Shown here: piece after piece, positions 7,255 to 16,600 of the stretch | How the letters are laid out: each line of letters starts with the position of its first letter | Position numbering within the stretch: the stretch's first letter is position 1 | IMG/VR virus record: IMGVR_UViG_2918829582_000002 | Coordinates: 3,435-67,434 of that record | From: a virus | Lineage: Duplodnaviria; Caudoviricetes | DNA: 64,000 nt | Direction: 5' to 3' (one strand) | Position numbers and translations under genes: made by a program | Notes under the pieces: model-generated | Seen by the model: the letters and a program-made list of their open reading frames with translations, nothing else | Told to the model about the DNA's origin: nothing | The model's database searches: none

Positions 7255-9083
7255 TGGAAGCGGACGCAGTTCAGGGCGCCGTATTGTGTGCCCGTTGTGC
7301 CGCTCGAATAGTTCACGCTCGACGATAGATAAACAGTGGTCGTCGATGTGAAGTTATAAAATACTGGGCCCACGTTCATACCTTCCAGCGAAGCCGTGCC
7401 GCTGGCAACCGTGACGCGCTTGGCATAGCCAGACGACTCTAGAGCACTCGGCGTAGCCGCGGAGGTCGTGCTGATCCACGCAGAGTTTTGGCCAATCGCT
7501 GTGCTGGCGCCCGGCGTTTGCTGAACGTTGCCGTAGCACATCCATGCTCCTGCCGGAACCGACGCAGAGGTCACATTGGCGATTGCGCCAGATGTGACAG
7601 ATGATCCCGGGCTGGGAACATCCGAACTTATGATTTGGCCGATATAGCCGGTTGGTGCAGTGCCGCCATTCGTCGTTCCTTGTACAGCGGCGCCGCTCGT
7701 TCCTTTGCCGGCCACCAGTAGTTGGATGTTTGCGTCGGCACCTTGTGGGGCAACTGCTGGTGTATTCCCAGTTGTTGCATTGCTAACACCAACGAAGTTG
7801 ACTGCATTCGTGACGTTTGAGGCGAGGAATAGACCTTGCCCAGCGCTGTTGACCCACTGCACAGAGTTGTCGCTGAACTGCTGCTGAACACTGCCCGCAG
7901 TCGTAGTACCCAAGCCTACAATGCTACTCGTCGGCGTGCTCGTCGCGCCATACCACTGCAACTCATGACCTTTGCCAAAGGCAATAGCGACTCCGGTTCC
8001 GGACGTGCCGGTGGCGCCGCTGATCGAGTTAGACCCGAAAACGATCCCTTTTCGATAGGCGGCGCCGTTGTTTTGAATATTGATCGCAGCAGTAGCATCC
8101 GATGCCCCGACGATCTCGCCGCCTGATGCGATCTGAACACTAATGGTTTGATCGCTGGACTGGGAGTACGGATCGGTATTCGCAACGCCAACGAGATTTA
8201 TTGAATCTACCTCGATGCCGTATGCGCCACCGTTGCCAGCTGTCGTTGTGTCGCGCCATCCTTCAAAATATCCGCCCCATGCGGCATTGCCGCTTGCTCC
8301 GGTATTGCCCGAGTTATTGTTGACCCCCACGCCGGTGACACCGATCACCTGGGACTGGGAAGCGGTGCGACCTGCTGTCTGCGCGGCAGCAACTAGAGTT
8401 GTGAGCGAATCCTGCGCAGCCGATCCGTTCAAAACCGCAAGTTGCGACGTCATCACATAGCCATAGCTCCGACCCTTAGCTAGTTGATACGTCGTAAACC
8501 AATCAGGCTGAGAAACAACGCTGGTCCCATTGTTCAGGACTGCGGGGCCAACGAACAGGCGATCGCTGACACGATTAACGGTCGCGCCAAGATTCTGGTA
8601 GAACTGCCCCGTTGACGGAGTTGTTACTCCGGTTAGTGTGGCGAGGCCAGAGCTGCTAAGGGTCGTGAATGCGCCAGTTGACGGAGTCGTCGAGCCAATA
8701 GATGCATTGTTGATTGACCCGCCGGTAATTGAAGGGCTAGAAATCGACGGAGACGTTGCAAGGACCGGACTGCCAGATCCAGTCGCGGCGTTTCCAAGCC
8801 CTGATGCTACGCCCGCGCCCAGCCCACTGATGCCCGTTGCGACAGGCAACCCCGTTGCATTCGCAAGCAAAGCAGCCGATGGTGTGCCCAGATTTGGCGC
8901 CGTAAGAGTCGGAGAGTTAGACAGCACCACTGACCCTGAGCCTGTCGATGTTGTCGTGCCCGTGCCGCCGTTCGCTGCGGTCAGCGGGTTCTGCAGCGTA
9001 AGGCTATTGAACGTCGGCGACGGGAAACTCTGGGCGAGCGCCGCCATCGGCACTAGAAGTGCCGCAATGACAATTTTCTTCAT
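7251..9083 (-). CDS. Tail-fibre/tailspike-like protein with an N-terminal Sec signal peptide
   Basis: MKKIVIAALLVPMAALA/Q; fibre-type repeat ANGGTG...SPTL..P.LGTP...NATGLP; located at the end of the tail operon. Confidence 0.7.
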   Translation of the reverse strand: MKKIVIAALLVPMAALAQSFPSPTFNSLTLQNPLTAANGGTGTTTSTGSGSVVLSNSPTLTAPNLGTPSAALLANATGLPVATGISGLGAGVASGLGNAATGSGSPVLATSPSISSPSITGGSINNASIGSTTPSTGAFTTLSSSGLATLTGVTTPSTGQFYQNLGATVNRVSDRLFVGPAVLNNGTSVVSQPDWFTTYQLAKGRSYGYVMTSQLAVLNGSAAQDSLTTLVAAAQTAGRTASQSQVIGVTGVGVNNNSGNTGASGNAAWGGYFEGWRDTTTAGNGGAYGIEVDSINLVGVANTDPYSQSSDQTISVQIASGGEIVGASDATAAINIQNNGAAYRKGIVFGSNSISGATGTSGTGVAIAFGKGHELQWYGATSTPTSSIVGLGTTTAGSVQQQFSDNSVQWVNSAGQGLFLASNVTNAVNFVGVSNATTGNTPAVAPQGADANIQLLVAGKGTSGAAVQGTTNGGTAPTGYIGQIISSDVPSPGSSVTSGAIANVTSASVPAGAWMCYGNVQQTPGASTAIGQNSAWISTTSAATPSALESSGYAKRVTVASGTASLEGMNVGPVFYNFTSTTTVYLSSSVNYSSGTTGTQYGALNCVRFH

Positions 9084-9089
9084 TGATTT

Positions 9090-9314
9090 TTACGAAATCG
9101 AGACGACGCCGCTGTTGTTCCAGACGACGCCAGAAGTGGTGGGTTCGGTAGTCGGAAGGTTCGCCGCCCAAGCGGTGGGCGATGAGGTGGACAGAATTGA
9201 TGCCAGCATCGAAAGTGGCATGGAGCAGATGGCCTGATTGCCGTTTTGCTCCTGGATGATTGTCACCAGTTCTTTGCCGGTGAGTGGTTGGGGTAGTCCG
9301 TGAATCTGCGTCAT
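9090..9314 (-). CDS. Small tail-fibre-associated protein
   Basis: 74 aa; ends in LPTTEPTTSGVVWNNSGVVSIS; coupled to the upstream gene. Confidence 0.6.
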   Translation of the reverse strand: MTQIHGLPQPLTGKELVTIIQEQNGNQAICSMPLSMLASILSTSSPTAWAANLPTTEPTTSGVVWNNSGVVSIS

Positions 9315-10261
9315 CAGGAGTACTCGTAGATAAGAACGATGCCGTCAAGGCCAGAATTGCCCTGCGTGCCGGGCTGGCTGCCGACGATAGCCGCGCCACC
9401 GCCGCCAGTTCCGGGGCCGCCCGCCGAGAAAGGAGAGGCACCCCCGACACCGCCGACTGCCGCCAGATTGCCGGATGCAGAAGCGTTTGCGCCGCCCATA
9501 CTGGCACCGCCCTGGGAACCGGGCGCATTAAAGATGTTTCCCCCGGTTGCTGTGGGCGGAAGGGCAACATTGCCGACGATCAAAATTGCCGATGCTGTTG
9601 GCCCATAATGTCCGTTCCCTGCTGGACCACCAGTGGCAACAGCGAGACTTCCCAGCGAACTATTGCCGCCCGCTGTGGCAGAACCGCCGCCAGCCGCTCC
9701 TGGCGAACCGCCAGCACCTACGATCACAGTCTGGCTACTGCCAATCTGTGCTGCGGTGAATTTGCCCACTGCAAGAGCCCCGGAATATCCCGGCACACTC
9801 AGCGCAAACTGCCCCGACGATGTTGCTGGCAATCCGTCACTGCCACCTCCTGCTGCCTGCACGTATGCGATTACCGTGTTCATGCCCGCAGTGGGCGTGT
9901 AAGTGAACGTGCCTGGCGTGCTGAACTTCTGAATGCCTAGAAGATGTCCCGCCTGCACGTTCTGCATCTGCCCCGCAGTCGGCGCGCTATAGGCAAAATC
10001 TCCTGTCGACCATGACAGGGCGGACGTCCCCTCCTGTCCGCGGATAAGTCCGCTCAAGGTCGACCCCGATACATTGGTCGCGTAAATCACCTCAAAGTTC
10101 TGACGCGTAGCTGCATCATTCAGTGTGATGACAAACACATACCCCGTGGGAATCGATGTGGGGAGGTTCGCGGAACTGGACAGCGTCAAAGACGTGGCGG
10201 AAGACGAAATATTTCCCGCCAACGTCGTGTCGACGTTGTTCGCAAAGACAAAAATGGTCAT
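9314..10261 (-). CDS. Tail fibre protein with glycine-rich domain
   Basis: Follows baseplate wedge genes; FSTPGTFTYTP...GGG...GxGG Gly-rich region ending GIVLIYEY. Confidence 0.75.
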   Translation of the reverse strand: MTIFVFANNVDTTLAGNISSSATSLTLSSSANLPTSIPTGYVFVITLNDAATRQNFEVIYATNVSGSTLSGLIRGQEGTSALSWSTGDFAYSAPTAGQMQNVQAGHLLGIQKFSTPGTFTYTPTAGMNTVIAYVQAAGGGSDGLPATSSGQFALSVPGYSGALAVGKFTAAQIGSSQTVIVGAGGSPGAAGGGSATAGGNSSLGSLAVATGGPAGNGHYGPTASAILIVGNVALPPTATGGNIFNAPGSQGGASMGGANASASGNLAAVGGVGGASPFSAGGPGTGGGGAAIVGSQPGTQGNSGLDGIVLIYEYS

Positions 10262-10267
10262 AGGCTT

Positions 10268-11167
10268 TTAGGCGATGCAGACTACGCCGCCGTTATTCCA
10301 GAGTTGCCCCGAGCCGATGCCGGGATTGGAAAGCGGGAGATTTCCGCCGCCCGATGCGAGTAGCTGGGCGGGGAAGGTGTATTGAAAGTACATCGGTGGA
10401 GCAGATGGGTCTGGCGTATGCCCCGGTACTACGCAGATCACACCACCGTTCCACCAGACCGAGCCCGCTGCGAGGCCGACAGGGCTAACCGGGTACGTCA
10501 GCGCATACGGAAGCGTCAAAACTCCGCCATCACTTGCAAAGCTGTTAGCGATGAAACTCAGAGAGTATTGAAACGGGAACTGAAGAACTGAGTTTGCATA
10601 GCATTCGCGGAGAGCTTCAAATGCCGCACTGTCATACTCGATCACCGTAAAAACGGTGCCAGATACAGTTATCGACGGTGGCTGATTCAGCACCGGCCAG
10701 TCACTACCATTTGCCCCATTGACAAACCGGCTGATCCGGTTCTTCAGCCATTGCATGCTGAACTGCTGGCCGTCGCCGCGGTACAGGTGCCACGTCATCA
10801 CCCGCTTGTAAATGTCATCCGTAGCGATTGACGCTGTCTGCGTCGATGAGTAGAGCTGTCCGTTGTAAGGAATCGTGTTGTAGGCATTGGCGTTATATCC
10901 AGCCCGACGCGTCGTTGATGTTGTCGCGAGCACCGGGCGGCTGATTCCGTAGACGCCTTGTCCGATCCAGTCAAGCAGCGGGCCGTTGATGAACGGCGAC
11001 GTGTAAAGACCGAGCGGCGACTGGTTGAACCAGTCCAGATACCCCTGCGCCAACGAGTTGAAGGCATCCACGAAAGCTTGCAGGTCCTCTTCATCGCTGT
11101 ACTCGGCATACAGGTAGCTTGGGATGTTCTGCTGCAGGGGCACGGTCGAAAAGCTTTCGATCTGCAT
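10268..11167 (-). CDS. Baseplate wedge protein (DUF2612-like)
   Basis: LLDWIGQGVYGISRP and DDIYKRVM motifs; position after baseplate J. Confidence 0.7.
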   Translation of the reverse strand: MQIESFSTVPLQQNIPSYLYAEYSDEEDLQAFVDAFNSLAQGYLDWFNQSPLGLYTSPFINGPLLDWIGQGVYGISRPVLATTSTTRRAGYNANAYNTIPYNGQLYSSTQTASIATDDIYKRVMTWHLYRGDGQQFSMQWLKNRISRFVNGANGSDWPVLNQPPSITVSGTVFTVIEYDSAAFEALRECYANSVLQFPFQYSLSFIANSFASDGGVLTLPYALTYPVSPVGLAAGSVWWNGGVICVVPGHTPDPSAPPMYFQYTFPAQLLASGGGNLPLSNPGIGSGQLWNNGGVVCIA

Positions 11168-11170
11168 GCT

Positions 11171-12592
11171 TTAGCCCTGTGTGATGGTGATTGCCGATGC
11201 TGAAGCGTAGAAATACGATTCCGGGTCGCTGGCAATGATGCTGGTCCCAGCCGAAGGCGACGCAGACACGCCGTTTATGGTCACGGCGAACTGCAACGTG
11301 GTCACGTTCTGAGGAGCGATGACAGAGGAAACGGCATTCTGGAAAACTGCGGTCATCTCAAGCTCGTTGATCGGTTGACCAACCGGGATTGAGTTGATGT
11401 ATGACTGAAGAGCGGGCGATGCTAGTTGCGCCACCGACATTCCAGCCGTAAAGCTCGGCAGTGTCGTATTCCACGTCACCGCGATCACAACGACCTGCTG
11501 CGGAGGATTGACGAACGTGATCGAGTATGTGTTGGGGTTCTGGAACAACGAAACCGAAACATTCCGCGGATTGGGGTTAAGAGTCGCGCCGCTGGTATAG
11601 GCCCCAAATCCAGTACCATTCGTGGTTGTCGTGATAGTCGTCGCTGTCACAGACGCTACGGTGTAGGACCGGTTATACGCGCTCGGCGTGGCACCAGTGA
11701 CCGTTACTGTTTGGCCAACCTGAAAGCCATGATTGAGGTTCGTCGTGATGACAACCGGATTGGCGGCCGTCATCCCCGTAATGGCGAGTTGCGAGCCTTG
11801 CAGGACTGCAATGTCTGGAACACCCTGCAGAATTGCGCTGGCTACGGAATAGACGTCACCTCCGCCACACACTATCTGCCAGCCGCCGGATAGTTGATTG
11901 ATCGAGACGAGCCGGGCCTGAACGCCAGTAATTTTCTCGAGCAGGGTCTTTACATAGGCCGGCGTTCCGGTAGAGGCAACAATTCCTGCTTGCAAAACAC
12001 GGGCGCGATAGTCCTGCACGCTCTCTGCCGACGTTGCTGGCGTCCCCGCCTCGGGATTGGTGACAGTGACAGCGTAGGCGCTAGGAACCGATGTAACTAG
12101 TTGGTTGACGGTATCAGCCGGGATGGCGAAGGTTCCACTCGTCGTAGAAACGGCGTACAGTTGCGGGCTGATGCCTCCGGTTTCTATGACGCCGCCGTCC
12201 TGCAATGCATATTGGTTCGTTCCATCGCCGACGACAAAGCCTTTCGGGAGGACGTATCCAGCGGGTCCGGAAAATTGAACGTAGACGCTTCCATTGGCGG
12301 CGGTTCCTTGCGGGACGCCGAATTGCGCGCCCAACTGGGCGAGAATGAAAGCGTTTGCTCCGTAAGGCGTTACGCTGTTGATGGCGTCGACTCGCGCCTG
12401 ATCAATCGCTACGAGTGCGCCGGTATCGGTGCCTGCCACGTCATCAATCAGCGATCCGGGCAGGTTCGCGGTGTATCCCGGCACCTGATTTGCGACATAG
12501 GTAATCAGCGCCTCATACAGCGTCGCGACAGGCGTAGTCTGCGGACCGGACGTGGTCATTACCACCGGGATAGACGTGGAAGATGTAGTCAT
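11171..12592 (-). CDS. Baseplate J-like protein with an inserted beta-domain
   Basis: LAQLGAQFGV, V..PEAGTPATSAESVQDYRARVLQA motifs. Confidence 0.85.
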   Translation of the reverse strand: MTTSSTSIPVVMTTSGPQTTPVATLYEALITYVANQVPGYTANLPGSLIDDVAGTDTGALVAIDQARVDAINSVTPYGANAFILAQLGAQFGVPQGTAANGSVYVQFSGPAGYVLPKGFVVGDGTNQYALQDGGVIETGGISPQLYAVSTTSGTFAIPADTVNQLVTSVPSAYAVTVTNPEAGTPATSAESVQDYRARVLQAGIVASTGTPAYVKTLLEKITGVQARLVSINQLSGGWQIVCGGGDVYSVASAILQGVPDIAVLQGSQLAITGMTAANPVVITTNLNHGFQVGQTVTVTGATPSAYNRSYTVASVTATTITTTTNGTGFGAYTSGATLNPNPRNVSVSLFQNPNTYSITFVNPPQQVVVIAVTWNTTLPSFTAGMSVAQLASPALQSYINSIPVGQPINELEMTAVFQNAVSSVIAPQNVTTLQFAVTINGVSASPSAGTSIIASDPESYFYASASAITITQG

Positions 12593-12936
12593 GTCGCGAT
12601 GGTTGAATTGATGATGGCGCCGTTATGGCATGTGGCGTTGACCTGATAGACGGGAGGGAATGACCCCTGTACCCGGCTAATGGTGAGAGAAGCGAAATAC
12701 TGTGAAAACTGCGTCTGTGTCTGCATGACGTAGTAGTCGGGCATCACCTGAGTGATGATCGTCTGGTACTGAGGAATGCCGTAGTTCGCGTAGATTGGCG
12801 ATTCGCCCAGATTTAACTTGAGGCACTGGACAAGCGTGGTGAGATAAACATTGTCTGAATAACCGTTGGCGTCCGTTTCAACGACGACCCAAGTTTTCGA
12901 ACCGTCCTCGTTCTGGATGCGCCCGTAAGTCCTCAT
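12589..12936 (-). CDS. Baseplate wedge/gp25-like protein
   Basis: 115 aa, overlapping baseplate J; LKLNLGESPIYANYGIP. Confidence 0.6.
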   Translation of the reverse strand: MRTYGRIQNEDGSKTWVVVETDANGYSDNVYLTTLVQCLKLNLGESPIYANYGIPQYQTIITQVMPDYYVMQTQTQFSQYFASLTISRVQGSFPPVYQVNATCHNGAIINSTIAT

Positions 12937-12958
12937 TGTTTATCCTGGAATTTCCGAA

Positions 12959-13615
12959 ATGCCCGAGACCTATCCGCCCGGATTCTTCACTCATGAAAAT
13001 CTGCTGCGGCTATCGCACGATCATTTACTGATCGTCGTTTTCCTGAAAAGCCGATCAGAGGCGTTTGCACTCGCCGATGACGTAGCGAGGCACGCGCCAC
13101 TATTCTCGGAGCGCGACCTCGAATCGCTAAAGATTCACATTGCCGGGTTTTCGGCCACGTTTGACGGTGCGAATGCCGCGATGCGCCTGATTCACTACGT
13201 TCGCGGATGGCGGGGGACGCACTTCTACGCGCAAGGGCGCATGGTGATCGGCGACACAGAGGCCGCCTTCCAGATTGAAGCCGTCCTTAAGTGCTTTGCT
13301 GATTCCTGTGCTGCAAGGGACTACCGGGCACACTGTTTCAGGCTAATTGACGACCCGTTTAGCCACTCCAGTTCGTATCGGAACCTGGACCACATTGCGC
13401 CATATTTCCGCGTCCACCAGGTCGAATCGACGGGCGGCTCATATGTCTTCCCGTGCAGGCACATGCTGCAATGGTTCAGGGCTCAGAAGAGCCACCCTGC
13501 AAAGGTGGCTGATCAGATACAGGCGGAAGGCGTGCAGCGCTATTGCGATCTCTGTCCACGGTTTGAACCGAACGATTTTGGCTTCACATCCATGCATAAC
13601 AAGGAAAAGAAATGA
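12959..13615 (+). CDS. Hypothetical Cys/His-rich moron protein
   Basis: 218 aa on the strand opposite the tail operon; RAHC, FPCRH, CDLCP motifs. Confidence 0.7.
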   Translation: MPETYPPGFFTHENLLRLSHDHLLIVVFLKSRSEAFALADDVARHAPLFSERDLESLKIHIAGFSATFDGANAAMRLIHYVRGWRGTHFYAQGRMVIGDTEAAFQIEAVLKCFADSCAARDYRAHCFRLIDDPFSHSSSYRNLDHIAPYFRVHQVESTGGSYVFPCRHMLQWFRAQKSHPAKVADQIQAEGVQRYCDLCPRFEPNDFGFTSMHNKEKK

Positions 13616-13947
13616 ATCGATCTATCGTCCTAATGGTATTTCTTGCGGCGACCACGGCGCATGCTGTCGATCTGTCTGGAATTCCGCAGAACTGCCAGGC
13701 TCCGCTTGCGCACGACATGGAGATGACGAATATCCCTTATCTTCTGGATCTCGGGCCGAATGCCGCCCGAATCAAGTCTATTGAGACGGCCGCCGGCACT
13801 CCGGCTTATGAGTACTATCCAGGCCTCTACCGGATCGACTGCTATGTCACGGTGCATTGGAGCAACGGCACCGTCGATTACATGCACAAGTTCAGCCTAT
13901 GGCAGGACCGGTATGGCAGTCTTCAAGGCAGCTACTCGCAGCATTAA
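13612..13947 (+). CDS. Hypothetical exported moron protein
   Basis: Signal peptide MNRSIVLMVFLAATTAHA; two Cys; 4-nt overlap with the upstream gene. Confidence 0.7.
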   Translation: MNRSIVLMVFLAATTAHAVDLSGIPQNCQAPLAHDMEMTNIPYLLDLGPNAARIKSIETAAGTPAYEYYPGLYRIDCYVTVHWSNGTVDYMHKFSLWQDRYGSLQGSYSQH

Positions 13948-14621
13948 CCGGTCATGGGCCCAGTCGTTCCGCCCTGCGGATCGCTGTGGACATGTGGATT
14001 GACTGCGCCATTAGGCAGGATCACATCGGGAGCCTGAATCGGCATCGTCGATACGGCTTGTGTGCCGCCCCATGTGAACGTCTGGCCGTTGGCGGTCATC
14101 GTTATTCCTGCGGCGTTAATTACCAGTGTCGTCGCGCCAAAGGTGATCGTTGTACCTTCGACGTTCGTCACAATTGAAGACGCTGTTCCGGTCGTCGTTC
14201 GGATGATCACGCCATTCGGTCCGCATACTTGGGCGGCGTTCGGATCGTCGGGACCGGAACCAGAGTTGCTAACCGGCACGAAGACGAGGGCGCTCAGATT
14301 GCCGGGCCTCGTCAGTGTTGCGACACCTCCGCCCAAACCTGATACCCCGCCGAGATAGGCATCGGCGGGCATTGTCACGCCCTTGTCGCCAACTTGTGTC
14401 GGCATCCTTATCCACGTGCTTTCAGCCTTCGGGATGGTGATGTTCGGCAGAGTGTACGGCGCCGCATTCACCTCAAACGCCACCGTCACGATGGCGCCAG
14501 ACACCTTCACGACGCGACAGGGAAGTGCGCGGCCGAGGTTTTCGATTGCCTGCTGCGCACGGTTGATAGCCGTCTGGTTAGCGCTGCGCTGGACCCATAG
14601 CTTTGCGTAGTTTTCTGACAT
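13944..14621 (-). CDS. Baseplate central spike (gp138/gpV-like)
   Basis: OB-fold-like N-terminus (LPCRVVKV), beta repeats, C-terminal HxH (PHVHSDPQGGTTG). Confidence 0.85.
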   Translation of the reverse strand: MSENYAKLWVQRSANQTAINRAQQAIENLGRALPCRVVKVSGAIVTVAFEVNAAPYTLPNITIPKAESTWIRMPTQVGDKGVTMPADAYLGGVSGLGGGVATLTRPGNLSALVFVPVSNSGSGPDDPNAAQVCGPNGVIIRTTTGTASSIVTNVEGTTITFGATTLVINAAGITMTANGQTFTWGGTQAVSTMPIQAPDVILPNGAVNPHVHSDPQGGTTGPMTG

Positions 14622-14624
14622 CGC

Positions 14625-15584
14625 TTAACTCGGAACGACGATGCAATCAACTATGGTTGACCATTGCGCTGCATCAGGAGACCGGAAATTTCCAATCTGA
14701 CGAACTCTATTAACTATGAAGTCGTTCTTGAACGTAGTCTGATACTTGATGCTTGATGGATAGGCGCTTGCGCTGGTCTTGATGTAGCCCGGAGCATTCT
14801 GAAGGCCATCTGGCATTCTTACCGTCTGACCCAGTTCCAGATCGGCGCGCGACACCATCTTGATCTGGATAACGTTACTTCCGATCCATGTTGGTTGGCC
14901 GACAAAGTCGTTGAAATTCAGCTGCACCGGACCTGTCTTGTATGTTTTGTCATATACGATGATCTGCCCCGCCTGAATACCGATCGTTACCCGGTTATCA
15001 AACACGCCTTCGGTAATGTCACCCACGACTTGCGCGAGCTGATCCAGCGTGCCGCATATGTGCGGTTCATCATGGTTTTGTACCAGGTCGTCGCTTATGT
15101 TGATCGCGACATTGAACCCCGGATAGGCAACGGAGAACGTCTGCCGAAGGGCGTCAGCGAGCGACATGCCCGCCGTCCAGTCAAGCAGGATATTGCCGGG
15201 ATTGTCGATCGTGTAGGTGCCCGGTATCACGACAAAGTCGAGCGTCTGGTCTACGCCCTCCCAGTTACCGAATGACTGGAAGATTGATCCCTGGAGAATT
15301 GTGCCCGCCTGCGCCGGGTTGACCAACGGCAGACCAGCGCGCATCCCGGCTTTCAGTTCCAGAGTCATTCCGGCGAATTGCTGGGCCTGTGTCAGGTCCT
15401 GAAGCGGAATCCCATACACCGTAACGGTGGAAGCGCCGCTTGGCGTTCCGTAAGGGCCGATCAGCGCATCATATTCGATGTTGAGGGCAGCCGGGTCGTA
15501 GATGTTGTTTGGGTGTGAGGTGTAGGTTCTAAACGGCGTCTTGCTGCCCTGAGGCGTGACCGTCAAGGAATAGTATCGACTCAC
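14625..15584 (-). CDS. Baseplate hub protein
   Basis: 319 aa upstream of the spike; GASTVTVYGI, ELKAGM, GQPTWIG motifs. Confidence 0.7.
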   Translation of the reverse strand: MSRYYSLTVTPQGSKTPFRTYTSHPNNIYDPAALNIEYDALIGPYGTPSGASTVTVYGIPLQDLTQAQQFAGMTLELKAGMRAGLPLVNPAQAGTILQGSIFQSFGNWEGVDQTLDFVVIPGTYTIDNPGNILLDWTAGMSLADALRQTFSVAYPGFNVAINISDDLVQNHDEPHICGTLDQLAQVVGDITEGVFDNRVTIGIQAGQIIVYDKTYKTGPVQLNFNDFVGQPTWIGSNVIQIKMVSRADLELGQTVRMPDGLQNAPGYIKTSASAYPSSIKYQTTFKNDFIVNRVRQIGNFRSPDAAQWSTIVDCIVVPS

Positions 15585-15862
15585 GACGTGATCTCAAAAT
15601 TTCCGGTGTCAGCGCGATAGAGCAGGGTGCTCGTGGTGAATATCCCAGGAGCCAGCAGAATGTCGTAATTCAGCGGAGACCCGATGAGTGCGCCATACCA
15701 GATGACATTGCCGGACTGGTCCTGCAAGGACGCATACCAACGCTGCCCGGCAATATTCCACGTCACAATCAACTGGTAGCTGACACCGTCCAGCGTCACC
15801 GTCGTAGAAAAAGGCGGTGACGCTGAATTATTGGGCGAGAATGCAATCAGCGTAGTGCTCAT
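15581..15862 (-). CDS. Baseplate plug-like small protein
   Basis: LDGVSYQLIVTWNIAGQRWY motif; synteny. Confidence 0.65.
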   Translation of the reverse strand: MSTTLIAFSPNNSASPPFSTTVTLDGVSYQLIVTWNIAGQRWYASLQDQSGNVIWYGALIGSPLNYDILLAPGIFTTSTLLYRADTGNFEITS

Positions 15863-16599
15863 AACGGAGACGACAGATATTGGTTCACCACGCCAGCCAT
15901 GCTAGTGATACCGGACACGGCATTCTGCGCGGCAGATCCAACCGCAGCCGATGCGTTCGACCATATGCTTGTACCTGCTGCGGTTGACGGTATCACTTGG
16001 GCGCCAGACGACAGCTTACTCATCAACGAGTTGTAAGCGCTGTTCGCCTGCATCTGCGTCACGAGTGGCTGGACGAAGTCCAACTGAGCTTCGATCTGCT
16101 GCTGCTTGCCAATCCCGCCAGTGGTGTCGGTGACGGTCTGCAGGATGCAGTTCGTATAGATGTACCACGGCGTCGCGATGTGGTAGAGGCCACCGGCCGC
16201 ATTATGAGCAACCAGCGAGTTTTGCAGCGATGTCCAGATCGCCAGCTTGGTAAGATAGCCCGCAGTGTCTTTCACCGGGGCAATCATCTTCAGCGAAATG
16301 CTGAGTGGCTGCTGTATCGTCGAATTCGCGGCAACTGCCTGGTTGGCGAATGGATAGGTGGCGATCTGCTGGTTGATCAGCGTTGCACCAGGTATCGGAA
16401 CATACGTTGCGAAAAAATCGTCTGTCGAAAACCCGCTCGTCAGAAAACCTTGCGCCGCGCCTAACGCCTGACCGCCCAACGCAATGATTGGAAGCATGCC
16501 GCCGAGAGTGTTCGACGCGATCCCGCCAACCAGAATGATGGGGCTTTTCTGAAAGGCGAGATCGTATGTGGACCGGAACGCGTCGGTTATTGTGCTCAT
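15859..16599 (-). CDS. Tail tube initiator/baseplate protein
   Basis: Directly after the tape measure gene; YPFANQAVAANSTIQQP. Confidence 0.6.
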   Translation of the reverse strand: MSTITDAFRSTYDLAFQKSPIILVGGIASNTLGGMLPIIALGGQALGAAQGFLTSGFSTDDFFATYVPIPGATLINQQIATYPFANQAVAANSTIQQPLSISLKMIAPVKDTAGYLTKLAIWTSLQNSLVAHNAAGGLYHIATPWYIYTNCILQTVTDTTGGIGKQQQIEAQLDFVQPLVTQMQANSAYNSLMSKLSSGAQVIPSTAAGTSIWSNASAAVGSAAQNAVSGITSMAGVVNQYLSSPL

Positions 16600-16600
16600 A

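Noticed and set aside
7251-10261. Diversity-generating retroelement or invertible fibre cassette
   Set aside because: No reverse transcriptase, template/variable repeat pair, invertase or flanking inverted repeats found.
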